This document shows positions 26,411 to 39,070 of a stretch of DNA of 64,000 nt, in pieces. The notes below the pieces were generated by a model. It was not told the DNA's origin. It saw only the letters and a list, made by a program, of their open reading frames with translations, and did not search any database. Position 1 is the stretch's first letter, and every line of letters starts with the position of its first letter. The position numbers and the translations under genes are program-made. Origin of the DNA: Octopus sinensis (Eukaryota); NCBI RefSeq assembly GCF_006345805.1, contig NC_042999.1, forward strand, positions 66,278,001 to 66,342,000. The letters are read 5' to 3'.

Positions 26411-27479
26411 TGATAGCCACAATAAGCACAAAGTTCCGCTTACACTTTTTCCTTCAGATATATTGCCATAGTATTGCTATACACGCGTATTTAAATGCAA
26501 TATGGAACAAGTTTCTGAAGCGATTGACATGAATATCTTTGTTTTACTTTATTTTGTCTTTTATTTGACTAAAATTTCCTTTTCTGTTTGTTTGCTTTTT
26601 TTTGTGTGTGTGTCTTTCTGATTTGTTGTTTTTTTTTTGTTTTTTTCGGTTTACGAACACAATGTGTGGAGATAAAAAATAGTTATGTCAGCTCCTTGTC
26701 GCAGCTGGATATGAAGAGCGTTATCGAAAAGACAATTTCAAAAACCAATAAGTTGTAAATACTGCAACATACACCATAGCAAAACATTCTCTCGCATATA
26801 AATAAATACATACATAGATACATACATACATACATAGACAAACACGTTCTAATACATATGCATATATACTTATATACATATCCAAATATACATTAACACA
26901 CACGCACGTTATTACTTGCAGTCCCTTGCACAAAATCACACCTGGCACATATACACATAAAGAACTCCATCTATGGACTCACAAACACACTTACACATAA
27001 AGGCAATATACATAGAAGCACAAAATACACGAGTGCACACAGACACGTAAACACCTATATCTTTTAACACTTCGATACACAAATGGTGCAAACAAACGAA
27101 ACGCATACACACATATGAGTGTATAAAATTGCACATACATATTTTCGAGTTCTTACACTCGTAATCGTAGCGCAAACAAAACGACTACACCAGACAAACA
27201 GTGTGAAATACGCTACAAACACAGACTCTCTCTTCCCGTCCTCTCTCTCTCTCACTCTATCTCTTTTGCTGTGTTCATGTCTCTCTTCCCGTGCTTATCA
27301 TTCTCTCTCTATATATATTTCTTTCTCTATATATATATCTCTATCTCGCTCACGTTCTGCAATATGATGTGTAGTTTGATAAATAGTGGATTATGAATTT
27401 CAGACAGTCACATTATGCAGCTACTATTAAGTCAACTGGAAGATATGCATCAGTAGAATGTCTCGGGGTTGCAGTATAC

Positions 27480-27770
27480 TGTGCCACTCCGTCGTCTACA
27501 AGGAAACAACCTTCTCGAGAAATTAACGTTCAGGTGACTGAGCACTGCGCAGACAGGCATACCCTTAGTGTAGTTTTCGGCTTGACACAGAATGTGACAA
27601 GACTGGCCCTCCTTTGAACTACAGGTACTACTCATTCTGACACTTAAGTGAATTGGAGCAACGTGAAGTAAGGTTTCTTACTCAAGGACATATCACGTAG
27701 TCGAGAATCGAACTCACGATCATATGACCGGGAGCCAGATTCCCTAACCACTATGCCACGCACCTTCACG
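27480..27770 (-). mobile_element. Family-C SINE (tRNA-like head, CORE-like domain)
   Basis: Colinear with the reverse complement of the copy at 57901-58230 (gagcaacgtgaagtaaggtttcttactcaaggaca...ccctaaccactatgccacgcaccttcac). Confidence 0.85.
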
Positions 27771-27848
27771 CTGTAACATAGTTGATTCTTTCTTTTTGAT
27801 TCTGAGTTACATTAGCATTTCATGTTTTCGTCGATCAATAAAATAATT

Positions 27849-28084
27849 TATTTCTTTATTGACCACAAGGAGGGGGGGCTAAACATAGAGGGGACAAACA
27901 AGGACAGACAAAGGAAATAAGTCGATTACATTGACTCCAGTGTGTAACTGGTACTTATTTAATCGACCCCGAAAGGATAAAAAGCCAAGTCTACCTCGGT
28001 GGAATTTGAACTCAGAACGTAACGGCAGACGAAATACCGCTAAGTATTTCGCCCGGCGTGTTAACTATTCTGCCAGCACGCCGC
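27849..28084 (-). mobile_element. Family-A SINE (head plus one unit)
   Basis: Reverse complement aligns along its full length to 24498-24730. Confidence 0.92.
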
Positions 28085-30087
28085 TCTGAAATAATTGTTA
28101 CTGTGCCGGTGACCAGGTTGCATTTAGTGCGACGAAAATTTTTGATAGCAAATAATAAACGTTTAAGTGAAGTTTAACAGTGTTTGTGCGTTTCTGAGTG
28201 GTTAATATGTGTCTATTACATTGTAATTGTTTTACCTTCAATACACGTGAGGTACATCAGAGAAACACCCATGGCGTCTACCGGACTGAATTATATCTTT
28301 TCGTTATTGAAAACCCTTTATTTTTCCAGAGTTTACCACATGAATTACTACATGTTGTTTAGTCGATGACAACAGAAACTTAAAATATAACTATTTCTTC
28401 TTATTTTTGCAAGCAGTAGTTTCATTAAAAAAAGAAGACACGTTATCTAGTACGCCTCCCCTCACAAACACACTGAAAGCATTAGTATGAGATTTTATAA
28501 AAAATATGTTTGTTACATCAAAATCAAATCTAGTGGAACAAACACAACGAAGCTCCTCTTCATTCACTCATAACTGTGTTTGCAATAACACAATATACTG
28601 TGAATATAGCAACATTTTTCGATTGCTATATTACATGATACTATAATGGTTGCTCTGATATATTCCTATGCCACAGTTTTCATTTTACGTTCTATTTTTG
28701 ACCAATTATTGGTCTTCATCGTTTTGCCTTCTACTTCTTTTTTAATTTTGTTGTCTCATTAGGCTGTCTCTTACACTGAATCTTTTCGTTATATGATTAT
28801 ACTATTTGTTTGGTTTCATTTTTATAAACGCTATAAATCATTCGCCGGCTTTTTGCTTATATATCACATAATTCCATCGCTCCACATATGCTGTCGCTTC
28901 TTAATTGCTCTCATGTCTTACACGCCCTATTCTCTATTACTTTTCGTAATTCTGTTTTCTCGTCTTTCTCCCCTAATCTCTCCCTGTGTTTCCTTCCCCT
29001 TTCTCTCCTAGATTTTCTTTTTCACATTCCCCAAACAAGTGACCAGGCCAAATTTTAGATTTCCTTTCTTCTTCCAGCAAACTAACAATATTATTCGTTG
29101 TGCGATATTTATCTGCGTGTCTTTTGCCAATAGAGGCCACCACATGTCTCAATGAATTTCTATAATCTCTCTGTGATCAGTGTGAGTTCAACTCATAATA
29201 TAAAATGACTGAATAACTGAATGTATAAGTAATAAGCACTTTCTGGAGGGTCAGCGGGCATAGCAACCCAAAATGATTTTCACAGGTTCTTGGCAGAACT
29301 ATCGTTTTTAATTTTATATTTAAATTTTGACTGCTCAGAGAAAATGTCAATATTGTGGCCTTCTTAATGTTTTCTTTGAATGTTTCGAAGAATGAAGGAA
29401 ACATTTTGCCTATATAAAGATCAATCCTGAATGTAGGAAACAGACTGGAATCTGCTAACATAAAACTCAAGTTAAAAACAGCAGCGAATTAAATCTAACA
29501 GCCATATAAGTCCCAAATTAATGGGCAATGACAAAATGAAGTCTGCCAATTACCGACCTGTTCTTTCTCCAATTCTTTACCTAATTCCATGACATATAAG
29601 ATACAATTTCTTCAAAAAGTGATCTTGGAAATCATCCGGAGTCCTATTCATAGAATTGGTCTGTCCATAAGCTTTAAAGTCCTAAGAACGTTTTCCCCGA
29701 TTATGCGCTTCTGCAATCAGGGTTCGCCTTATGTACCATGAAATACATTACGTATGTAACATTACATTGATGCAAATGTTTTTTTCATTCTTCAAAACAG
29801 TAGTGTATGATAGGAGGGATAATACGCTATTATTTCCAGTGGGTCGAGCGATCACACAGTAGAGACATATGGACTCATACCTACGGGCCCTATCTGTCTC
29901 TCAGTAAAACAAGTTAGATGATTTACGAAAGTTACCAGAATATAAGAAGCGTCCCCTCTTACGAGAAATGTCCCAGTCACGTGACCTACATATACGGGAT
30001 GCACATCCTGTAGTTTAAAACTTCTTAAAACCATTAAATATTTATAAAATTATAAACTATTCAACTTAAATTATAGCGAAGTACTAA

Positions 30088-30315
30088 GGCGGCGAGCTGG
30101 CAGAATCGTTAGCATACTGGATTAAATGCTTAGCAGCATTTCGCCAATCGCTACGTTCTGAGTACAAATTCTGCCGAAGTCGACTCTCGGCTTCGCCTTT
30201 CATCCTTCATTTCGGGGTCGATAAATAAAGTACCAGTGAAACACTGGGGTCGATCTAATCGACTGGTCGCCTCCCCGAAAATGTCAGACTTTATGTCTAA
30301 CGTAGAAAAGATTAT
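30088..30315 (+). mobile_element. Family-A SINE, monomer with tail
   Basis: ggcggcgagctggcagaatcgttagca...ttcggggtcgataaataaagtaccagt...gtagaaaagattat. Confidence 0.9.
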
Positions 30316-31554
30316 AGTCAGGCAATGTGGTTAACGATTTCGTTTCCCAATGAGATTATTCTAAAATACAAGAACTCATGCGAATACCACAGCGTGTTCT
30401 CTACCACGACTCCAGGTTAATAGTATTCACTGTTATGATGTGCTCTGTATAATAGACAAGAAACAACCGATTACTTGAGAACAAAATAACAGTAACGGAC
30501 GGGCGAAGACAGGGCAGAGCGGCTGACGCGGTATATGTATTTTTTTTTCACAAGGTAGAGTGGTGTTATTTTAAGTGTAATTTTACTTGTACCTCTAGTT
30601 ATTCAAATGACCTTTGGTTTTTACCTAGACGGACTGAAAATTAGAGCTTATGAAACGAAAATTTCAAGAATATTCGTTGAATAGGTACATAATAAAAGAT
30701 TCCTTTTTTACAAGAATATCTGTTCAATGGATACATGAAAATGCTTATTATTACTTCGCAGTAATCAACAATAATTGAGCATACCTACAATAAAATGTTA
30801 TAACATTGACCTTCACATATTCACCTGTCCTTCCTATTTTTAAGATAGCAGAACTATATTTTAGGGAGATTTCGGCTACAATTTTCGAGAGCAGATCACC
30901 CATCTTTCTTAGGGTTTCCCCTTAATGAATAATAACAATACTAGTTATATCCTGAGTCAATCAGTTCAAGAATACATTCTCACTTAAGTGGGTAATACTT
31001 GTAATTCTTAGTATATCTATTTTCGACAACCGTGAAGCAGCTATTACTTACGAAAATGAGAAGATTGTATGTAGTGCTGGTAATGAGTGGAGTTCACATT
31101 ATACCAACAGTAAAACGGTTTTCGTTTCTTTTATATTGAACAACTATTATTGAAATAATTGCCTTAAGTTTTATAAATTGAGTGGTTAGAATGTAAATAT
31201 AGTCTCGTGCTGTATGTTTTGTTAATCAATTTTACATCGATTTTTACTAGAATATTAATGTTGAAGATTATTCAATACAGCTGTTGTACGTATTGATTCT
31301 GCAAAACTGAGGATTCAAGTGATTGCAAAGAGACTTATCTAAAACTACTTCAGTTTGAAGTACAAAATGCAATCGTTTGCTAAGGTATTTAAAAGATTAG
31401 AAACTATCGAATATTTTTTTCTCTCTCTCACAAAAGTATTTCTTTAATAAGAAATATGTGAGACCAGCTGCTCCGTTTCTGATTAATGACTGAATTATCG
31501 ATACAGAGAATTTTCTCTAAAAGATTTTTCTAATTCTTGTTGATTGTAATTCTT

Positions 31555-31570
31555 TTCTCTCTTTGTCACA

Positions 31571-31607
<37 letters not shown>

Positions 31608-31675
31608 TCTCTTTCTATCTCTCTTTCTCTCTTCCTTTTTCTATCTTTTTATCTCTCTCTTTCCCTCTCTGTCTT
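31555..31675. repeat. (CT)n polypyrimidine microsatellite
   Basis: Seen directly. Confidence 0.92.
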
Positions 31676-32139
31676 TACAGATATCAAATTAAATCCTCAT
31701 CTGAGAAATTAAATCTGTTTCTACAGCTGTTTGACAAAGATCAGGTCAACGTACAAACATTATCTTATATTAACAATCAAATACTAATTTATTATACATG
31801 TGGAGTAAAAAAAACTCGTTTTTAACAATATTTATAAAGACTCTAATTAAGTTTCCACATTTTTTCTTTATTTGATTTTTTAATAAACATAGCAAGGGGA
31901 AGTAATTTGCATTGAATAAAATAATGAAGAAATCTCAAAGTAGTTTTGTTTATTTGCAACAAATATATACGTAAATTTTCGATTTATACTGAACGATGTT
32001 GAAAATAAAGAGACACGTTAGATAATGGATTTGAAATACGCTGCCGAATATAGGGCTGGGAAGATTAAGGCTAGAATAACTTTCCTGATAATTATGGTCA
32101 ATCTCAGAGATCATAATTTAAACAACAATCGCAATAGCA

Positions 32140-32265
32140 AAAGAAGTCGATAGAATAAGTACTAGGTTTACAAAGAATAAGTCCTGGGGTCGATTTGCTC
32201 GACTAAAGGTGTGCACCAGCATGGCCGCAGTCAAATGACTGAAACAAATAAAAGAGTAAAAGTAA
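32140..32265 (+). mobile_element. Family-B SINE 3' fragment
   Basis: gatagaataagtactaggtttacaaagaataagtcctggggtcgatttgctcgactaaagg...cagcatggccgcagtcaaatgactgaaacaa. Confidence 0.88.
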
Positions 32266-32742
32266 TAATAATTGGTAATTTAACATGATACCTAATATAG
32301 ACGAAAGGCATTAATCATGATATTCTAATAATTAAACGAAAGAAGCATAATTGAATGTTTTAGATTAATACCTACTTTAAAATTTTGGTTTGCATAAATA
32401 GTTTACTGGAGATAAAAGCTTAATAATAGCTTACTTAAAATAATTCAATTACGTCTTAAACTTCAAAAGTTGATAAATATGCACGGTGCTGAAATATAAA
32501 CGTACTAATTACGTAACAGATCAACTTACACTATGGCGCATATTTGCAAAATTTACTTTAAAATTTACAGACAACCACTATATTTCTTCAGTGTTTTTTT
32601 TCATTCATTATATATTAAAATACTTCTATGCTAACATAATTTTGTTGTATGACAACAGTCTGAGATGGATTGTACAGTATGTCATTTTACATTTGTAATA
32701 TTCCTGACGCCTCTGTCTTCACTTGTTAAATATATATATATA

Positions 32743-33625
32743 CGAGGTAGTATAAAAACGCTCCTGGACTAGTTCTGTAACGCGCCAACAGCTGGCAGCA
32801 AACTTTTGCGTGCGCAATGAAAGCTAGCTGTGGTGACCTTCATGAGGCAATGTGTCGAGTGACATCGCTGTGTTTACTTCGCAAGTTGTGAAATTTGTGT
32901 TTATGTGAAGACGTGTATGTAAGTGTAATAGATGTAAGTGTTCTTACTGATACGAATATATATGTAAAGGAATTTGACAAATTAAGTAAATATAAGGACT
33001 TGGAACTTGAAATACAAAAGATGTGGCATCTTAAAGCGAGAACTGTTCCTGCGATTTTTGTCATGGACAGGATGTTGGAGCAGAGAGCCAATGTAAAATT
33101 ATGCGTTAAACTTGGGATATCTGCTACAGAAACATTGAGCATGCTTCAGCAAGTTTATGGTGACGAGGCAATAGGTCGTACACAATGTTTGGAGCGTATG
33201 GGTATTTCGAAAGCGGAATAATGTCGCTAGATGACGGCGAATGATCTGGAAGAAATACCACGAGTGTCACCCCCGGTAATGTGGAGAATATTTATCAGGA
33301 TTGTGCATGAGGATCAGCACAATCACCGATATACAGGTGAGGCTGCACGTCTGCCGTATTGTTGCGTACAGTGAATTCTAACTTCTGGATTTTTACAACA
33401 ACAATGCATCTTATAACCGAGCTCTGTCCATACATAAGTTTCTCGGCAAGCACAACATGGTATCGCTTCTTCACCTGCCCTATTCACCAGATTTAGCACC
33501 TGCAGACTTCTGCCTCTTCTCCAACATAAAACTTCAGCTCAAAGACCGTCATTTTAACACCGTTGTCGAGATGCAAAGTAAATCGCAGACGGTCCTCGAC
33601 TCGATTACGGAAAACGTCTTCCGGA
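32743..33625 (+). mobile_element. Internally deleted mariner relic (left end present, right end missing)
   Basis: Starts TA-cgagg. Contains LEQRANVKLCVKLGISATETLSMLQQVYGDEA (HTH N-terminus) and HLPYSPDLAPADFCLF (YSPDL motif, ORF 33457..33645). Confidence 0.88.
32900..33052 (+). mobile_element. R4/Dong-type LINE restriction-like endonuclease fragment inside the mariner leader
   Basis: VIDVSVLTDTNIYVKEFDKLSKYKDLELEIQKMWHLKARTVPAI matches the RLE motif IDV..P.D.N...KE.EK..KY.DL..EI..MW. Confidence 0.85.
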
Positions 33626-33649
33626 CCGGAAGACGTTTTTCGTAATCTT

Positions 33650-34900
33650 GACCGACCAGATTATCGGGTGTGATTTGGGTACCACTGATCACAGCACGCC
33701 GTCCATTCCACTCTGGATTGTACCTTCCTCAGCCACATAGATCCAAACGCTTGTCTTATTTCCTCAACACTCTGTTTTGGAGGCCTTCCGAGTTAGCGCT
33801 CCCGCTCACGCGGGTACCATTCGGCTCTGCGATGTGTACGCGATGTGTACGCCCTACGTGAAATTCTACCTTCTATATACTGCGATGATGTCTCGCACAT
33901 CAGATTCCTCTCTGATCGCTTCCCTCCGAATATGCTCTTTCAGAGACATTCCCAGCATTGACCTTCTTTTTGCTCTTTCAGAAGTTATCTACCTCTGCTC
34001 CTCTCGATTCATCGTGGTCTAGGTTTCGCTGCCGTACAAATAAATGTGCAGGTACAACCTTGCCGTTGAAGAGACTGGTGCAAGTGGTCCAATTTAACTT
34101 CCCTTTAAGCACATCTTTGGTGGAGTTGAACGCTTTCCATCCGGCCTTTAATCACCGCGAGATCTTCTCCATGTCTCAGTGCAAATTCAATTCATGTCCA
34201 CCTCCTCTATTTCATCGTCTCCAACCACAACTTTGAGGCCTATTGCTGTCTATTTGGACAGCATGAACTTGGTTTTCCTGTGGTTCATGTTGAGGCCTAC
34301 TTCCGAGCTTCTAATGTCCATCGCTGTCAGCATGGTCTACAGTTGATTTGTCGTCATGGTAATGAGCGTTGTGTCGTCAGCGAAACTGTAGTGCGTCATG
34401 CTACCTCACCAGTCGATGCTTTTGATGATCTGCTCGAGACACTCGGTGAAGTGTTTCAAAAGGCGGTGTCTACCTACTTGACGGCCTTTTCCCCCGGTCT
34501 TCTTATGGTTGACAACAGTAGAGATATGTCGGTGGTACATCTAGAATTTGCCACGTGGACAAGTTGAATGTATTGCACCATGGCTCCATGCTTCCGAAAC
34601 CACCTCAGCAATGTGTTGATCTCTACCCTGTCGAAGTCCTGCACGTGGTCCACGAAGTCAACGTGCAGAAGAGTCTGTATTCTTTCGCTCCATCAATTGG
34701 GCCAAACGCTACAATATGAACCTCGCGCCTGCTTCTGCTTAGGCAATCCAGCTACATGGCTGGTAGTCTGGTACATATGCAGCATGGTTAGTCATGCAAA
34801 GATATTCCGAATTGTATCCAGCCATTATAGCTACCCGACAGCCAGTGTCGCTTTTCGAATTTTGGAGGTACTGATGCAGGATTTCGCAGCAAATATTATA
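33650..34900 (-). mobile_element. RTE-type LINE reverse transcriptase relic
   Basis: Minus-strand pieces read PKQKQAR.., FVDHVQDFDRVE, FADDTTLITMTTNQL*TMLTAMDIRSSEVGLNMNHRKTKFM, RIKAGWKAFNSTKDVLKG, YGSETWT and RSMLGMSLKEHIRREAIREESDVRDII. Many stops and frameshifts. Confidence 0.88.
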
Positions 34901-34913
34901 CCTATCTATCTAT

Positions 34914-34914
<1 letters not shown>

Positions 34915-34972
<58 letters not shown>

Positions 34973-35030
34973 AGTGTATGTATGTGTGTGTGTGAGTGTA
35001 TGTATGTGTGTGTGTGTGTGTGTACATGTG
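34915..35030. repeat. (TA)n-(TG)n microsatellite
   Basis: Seen directly. Confidence 0.95.
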
Positions 35031-36458
35031 CGTGCTTGTGTCTGTGTGCGCGCCGTTGAGTGTAAAACGCGCACTGTATCTTCCAGTCAACAGAATATCT
35101 AAAAAAACACTCTTAAATTTTATTGTTACATACACAAGTTGCTCAAATCTTTTTTACTATGTTTTCCCGTGAAGTATCGCAGATTACATTTTCCCTATTG
35201 TAATGTTCATTAAAAAGAAACATGCAAGTATTCAGCTTCTCACATCCCTAAACAAAAGCTAATTAATTTTGAGCTTCCAAATAAAATCTAAATGTTTACA
35301 TTTAGCAACATAGTAAAACTCGTTCAATGCAAAGAATGTCCTGATTTAACCTATGTTCTAACGATAAAGCAGCATCATAGAAACTCCGTACGCGCTTTGT
35401 TTAAAAACGTAAACATGTATTCATTGTTCATTCTAAGGTTAACCAATAATAAATTTAATTTGGTAAATTTAATTATGAAAAAAAAAGGAAGAAAGGAAAC
35501 AAATAGAATTTGTGAATAAGAAAAGTAAAAAAGTATTTAAAAACAAGAATCTTTGAATTGCTTCAATCTGTACTATTTACAAAACCTCGATCTAAAACAG
35601 GATCTGATTGAGATGATTGAATAACTTACAATAAAAGAACCAGAAGCATCTGCTAGAATGCTAAGAGTTTTGACAAATTTAGATTTAATGAGGTCGCAAA
35701 ATAACGCACAGCTGAGCGATTAAACAGTACACAAGTTTATAGTTAAGAAAATGGAATAAATATGAGTGCTCTGAGGCACAGAATCTTATTTTGTTTTCCG
35801 AAACTTACAGAATTAATTTATTCTGACGCCGCCACCAACTGGTGATTGGTTCCGTTCTCCTCGAGTCAAGTGTGTCATTCTTTCCAATATTAGCATTTTT
35901 GTTTCTCTTCCTTCTTTACTATTTTTATCATTCTGCCTATCATACTGACACTTTACATCTCATTAGCAACGATGTGTTGCACCTATGATTGACATATAAA
36001 TAGGTTGGTTGTGTGCTCTAGCGGTTCTGGAATTAAGTCGATTTTGTGACAACAATCACAAAACTGTGTCGACCAAACCCTTATTAGTGCAATGTGATAC
36101 AATACAAATCCTTGTGGAAGCTTATCCTGTATGTAAGTATAACAAGTCAACACGTGTGGATGTACGAGTGTGTGTGTCAACGCCTTTGTTTGTGTCTCTG
36201 TGTGTGCGTGTTTGTGTGTGTATTTCCTGGTGATATATAATGCTGAAACAACCGTGAGGAAAAAACAAATAACGAACAAACCAGCGCTTAAGGGGGAATT
36301 TCATTTTTGCTTTAAATCTATACGGATTTCGTAGATAATACTGCGTTATTCTACTCCTCGCCATGTCAGTAATTGTTTGATGATAAACTGTAACCGTTGA
36401 CGTTATTGGCTACCGAATGCTATAGGAAGAAATATATTCGTGTTTAAATTTTCAGACG

Positions 36459-36459
<1 letters not shown>

Positions 36460-36511
<52 letters not shown>

Positions 36512-36549
36512 CTCTATCTATCTCTCTGTATATATATATAATATATATA

Positions 36550-36587
<38 letters not shown>

Positions 36588-36595
36588 TATATATT
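36460..36595. repeat. (TATC)n-(TA)n microsatellite
   Basis: Seen directly. Confidence 0.95.
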
Positions 36596-36974
36596 ATTTG
36601 TTTCAAGGAGAGAAACAATTAGTTTTAAATCTCAGACCGAAAATGATAAGAGTGCTCCATAGTAGAGTCTATTTGCCAACATATAAGGGCAGTCTTGATT
36701 AGGAAAGTGTTGCTACCTATTGTTTGACCCAGGTAAACATCTTATCCAGAAAACATTGGTCCGCAGGTACCGTTTATGTTTGAGTGAGGACACTAGCTCC
36801 ATTGTTCGAGGCATAAGGAGGTAGTTGTGCGTTGATAGGCAGCTGGAAAAGATGTTTTCCTGGGGCTAAAAGAAGTAGTAATACCGTCCTAAGCAGGACT
36901 GCCACTTTGCGTTGGCAAATATACTTTACTCTATGCACACACACACAAATATAGCCTATTGAATATATTATATA

Positions 36975-37015
<41 letters not shown>

Positions 37016-37029
37016 TATATATATAAAAT

Positions 37030-38020
37030 AATATGTTACATTACTCGATAGTCAAGATAAAACTCTGAGTTTCAGATGCCGAAGCGGGAATCCACGACAT
37101 CTCTTCGGTTATCTGGCTATTTGAAAACGCTATGAAAATATACCGTTATAGAAAGGGAAATTACTGTGTTATAACTCTGCTTGCCTGCGTACTTATACAT
37201 CGCTCGCATTTTTCGCCATAAAAATTATATAAAAATACATAAAAAATATATAAAAAATATATAAAAATATACATAAAATATATGATAGAAGGTGTGATGA
37301 GGTAAAAAAACCCTCTTGGGACATATCATAGAAAGCATGTTCTATCTGTTTTCTTTAGGGGAACAAAAACCTAACAGAAATTTAGTCACATTGGGCATGA
37401 TCCGAAAAGTTCTGTCCTTGTGTTTAGACATGTAGTAGGGTCTAAACTGCTTTTCCAGATCAGCCATGTCTCCATGCCGCATAGACCGCACCTTCCGCTG
37501 CCGTTGGTATAGGGTTTACATCTGGCCAAAATCTTCCAATGTATGTTATAATCGACACCTTTATCTCTTAAAGACGAAATATGATTAGATAATTGTGTCG
37601 CTTTTCTTTTGTTCCAGTTCCTAAAGCTCAAAGTGTGGTTATTGAACCTGGCCTTGAAGTTACCCTCTGTAAGGCCCACGTATTTCTTCGTCGAAACGGT
37701 GTCTTTAATGGTTATAGAGTCTACGGTAGCTTCATATATGATGGTCTTGGACATGCAAGCTCCATTTAGCGGGCACAATTCTTTATTCCTGCATGAACAG
37801 CTGTTTTCTTGTGTTTTTTGTATGTTATGTTTGATTATGTTTTTAAAATTGGTAGTGGAACTAAAACTAATTTTTAAATTGTGTCTACTGAAGAGTTTCC
37901 TATAAGTATGGTTAACTGGAAAATGTCTATCTATCAGTGCTAGGAAATATTTACCTATATTGAAGGCCACCTCGGTTGAGGAAGGGGGCGTAAACCAGAT
38001 GACCTTCCTATTTCTATTAT
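37030..38020 (-). mobile_element. 5'-truncated Penelope-like element: GIY-YIG endonuclease ORF plus terminal repeat with hammerhead
   Basis: ORF 37386..37970 reads CSCRNKELCPLNGAC..IIYEAT..YVGLTEGNFKARFNNH..CGLC..LNTRTEL..CP, preceded in frame by RKVIWFTPP. This is the PLE endonuclease pattern. Flanked by (TA)n on both sides. Confidence 0.92.
37055..37114 (-). ncRNA. Minimal type I hammerhead motif in PLE 3' terminal repeat
   Basis: AGAUAA CCGAAGA GAUGUCG uggauucccgcuu CGGCAUC U GAA ACUC A GAGU U UUAUCU: 6-bp stem I, 7-bp stem II, palindromic stem III and GUU triplet. U4 reads C, and there is one extra U before G12. Confidence 0.72.
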
Positions 38021-38840
38021 TCCAGATTTCTATTATTTCTATTATTATTTCTATTATTCTTTTGTTATCTTACAGTTTTACCAATATATATATATATATA
38101 TATTCTCTAAAACTGAGTACTCTATGCCTCGCTTCTGGAGTCTAGTGAGATTGAATGATGGTCATTTCATTCACCCGTTGTCTTTAAGGAACATACTTAT
38201 TTGCATTTACTTAATATTATGCAAAAATATGTAAACTTATGTCCCTGACGTTATGTCCCTTGCTTGTTCAATTTTTGAATTGTACACAGCCCAAGATCGA
38301 TTTTTTTCTCTAGTGATTGCATATTCTTGGTTTTTCGACATATATTATTATGTATACACTATCTTAATGTCCATCTAGTTCAGTATGCGTCCCCAGTGCG
38401 TCTCGTCCCAAAATGTTTGAGGGGCTCTTGATATACTAAAAAATAGTAGTTAAACATTATTGATAAGGAAATATACTCTTGATAATTATATATATAAACG
38501 CCCTAAAGAGGCGTTTATCAAAACATGCTCTATGATAAAAGAACTAAATAACAAATACAGCAAACTGAGATGTACGTATCTTTATTAATTACTGCTCTTG
38601 TGTCGAGAATTAGCATTTACACCAGCAAAATACTTCCATTAAGAACGATGAATAAGAGAGGAGTAACAGAATATGTTGTTGTTATAAGTGTATGATCATT
38701 TGCACCGAAGAATAATTTAACTGATGCTTACGTTAGAAACTCTTGAATCGAAGGAAAGCACATTTGGTTTCAATGGGATTTGAACGTTGAACATAAAATG
38801 TTAAAAAGTATATGCCACGTTATGAAGACACACTATAATA

Positions 38841-39070
38841 CCTATTTCTTTAGTACCCACAAGGGACTAAACACAGAGAGGACAAGGACTGACACACGGA
38901 TTAAATCGATTACATCGCCCCCAGTGCGTAACTGGTACTTATTTAATCGACCCCGAAAGGATGAAAGGCAAAGTCGACCTCGGTGGAATTTGAACTCAGA
39001 ACGCAACAGCAGACGAACTACTACTAAGCATTTCGTCCGGCATGCTAACGTCTCTGCCAGCTCGCCGCCT
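38841..39070 (-). mobile_element. Family-A SINE with a 16-bp TSD
   Basis: Reverse complement aligns to the family-A head plus unit. Flanks are aagacacactataata at 38825-38840 and aagacacgcaataata at 39075-39090 (14/16 identical). Confidence 0.92.

Noticed and set aside
29530-29700. Apparent minus-strand exon DFKAYGQTNSMNRTPDDFQDHFLKKLYLICHGI
   Set aside because: The acceptor lacks a pyrimidine tract. Another frame resembles a decayed LINE C-terminus (LWTDQFYE*DSG*FPRSLF), but too weakly to list as a feature.
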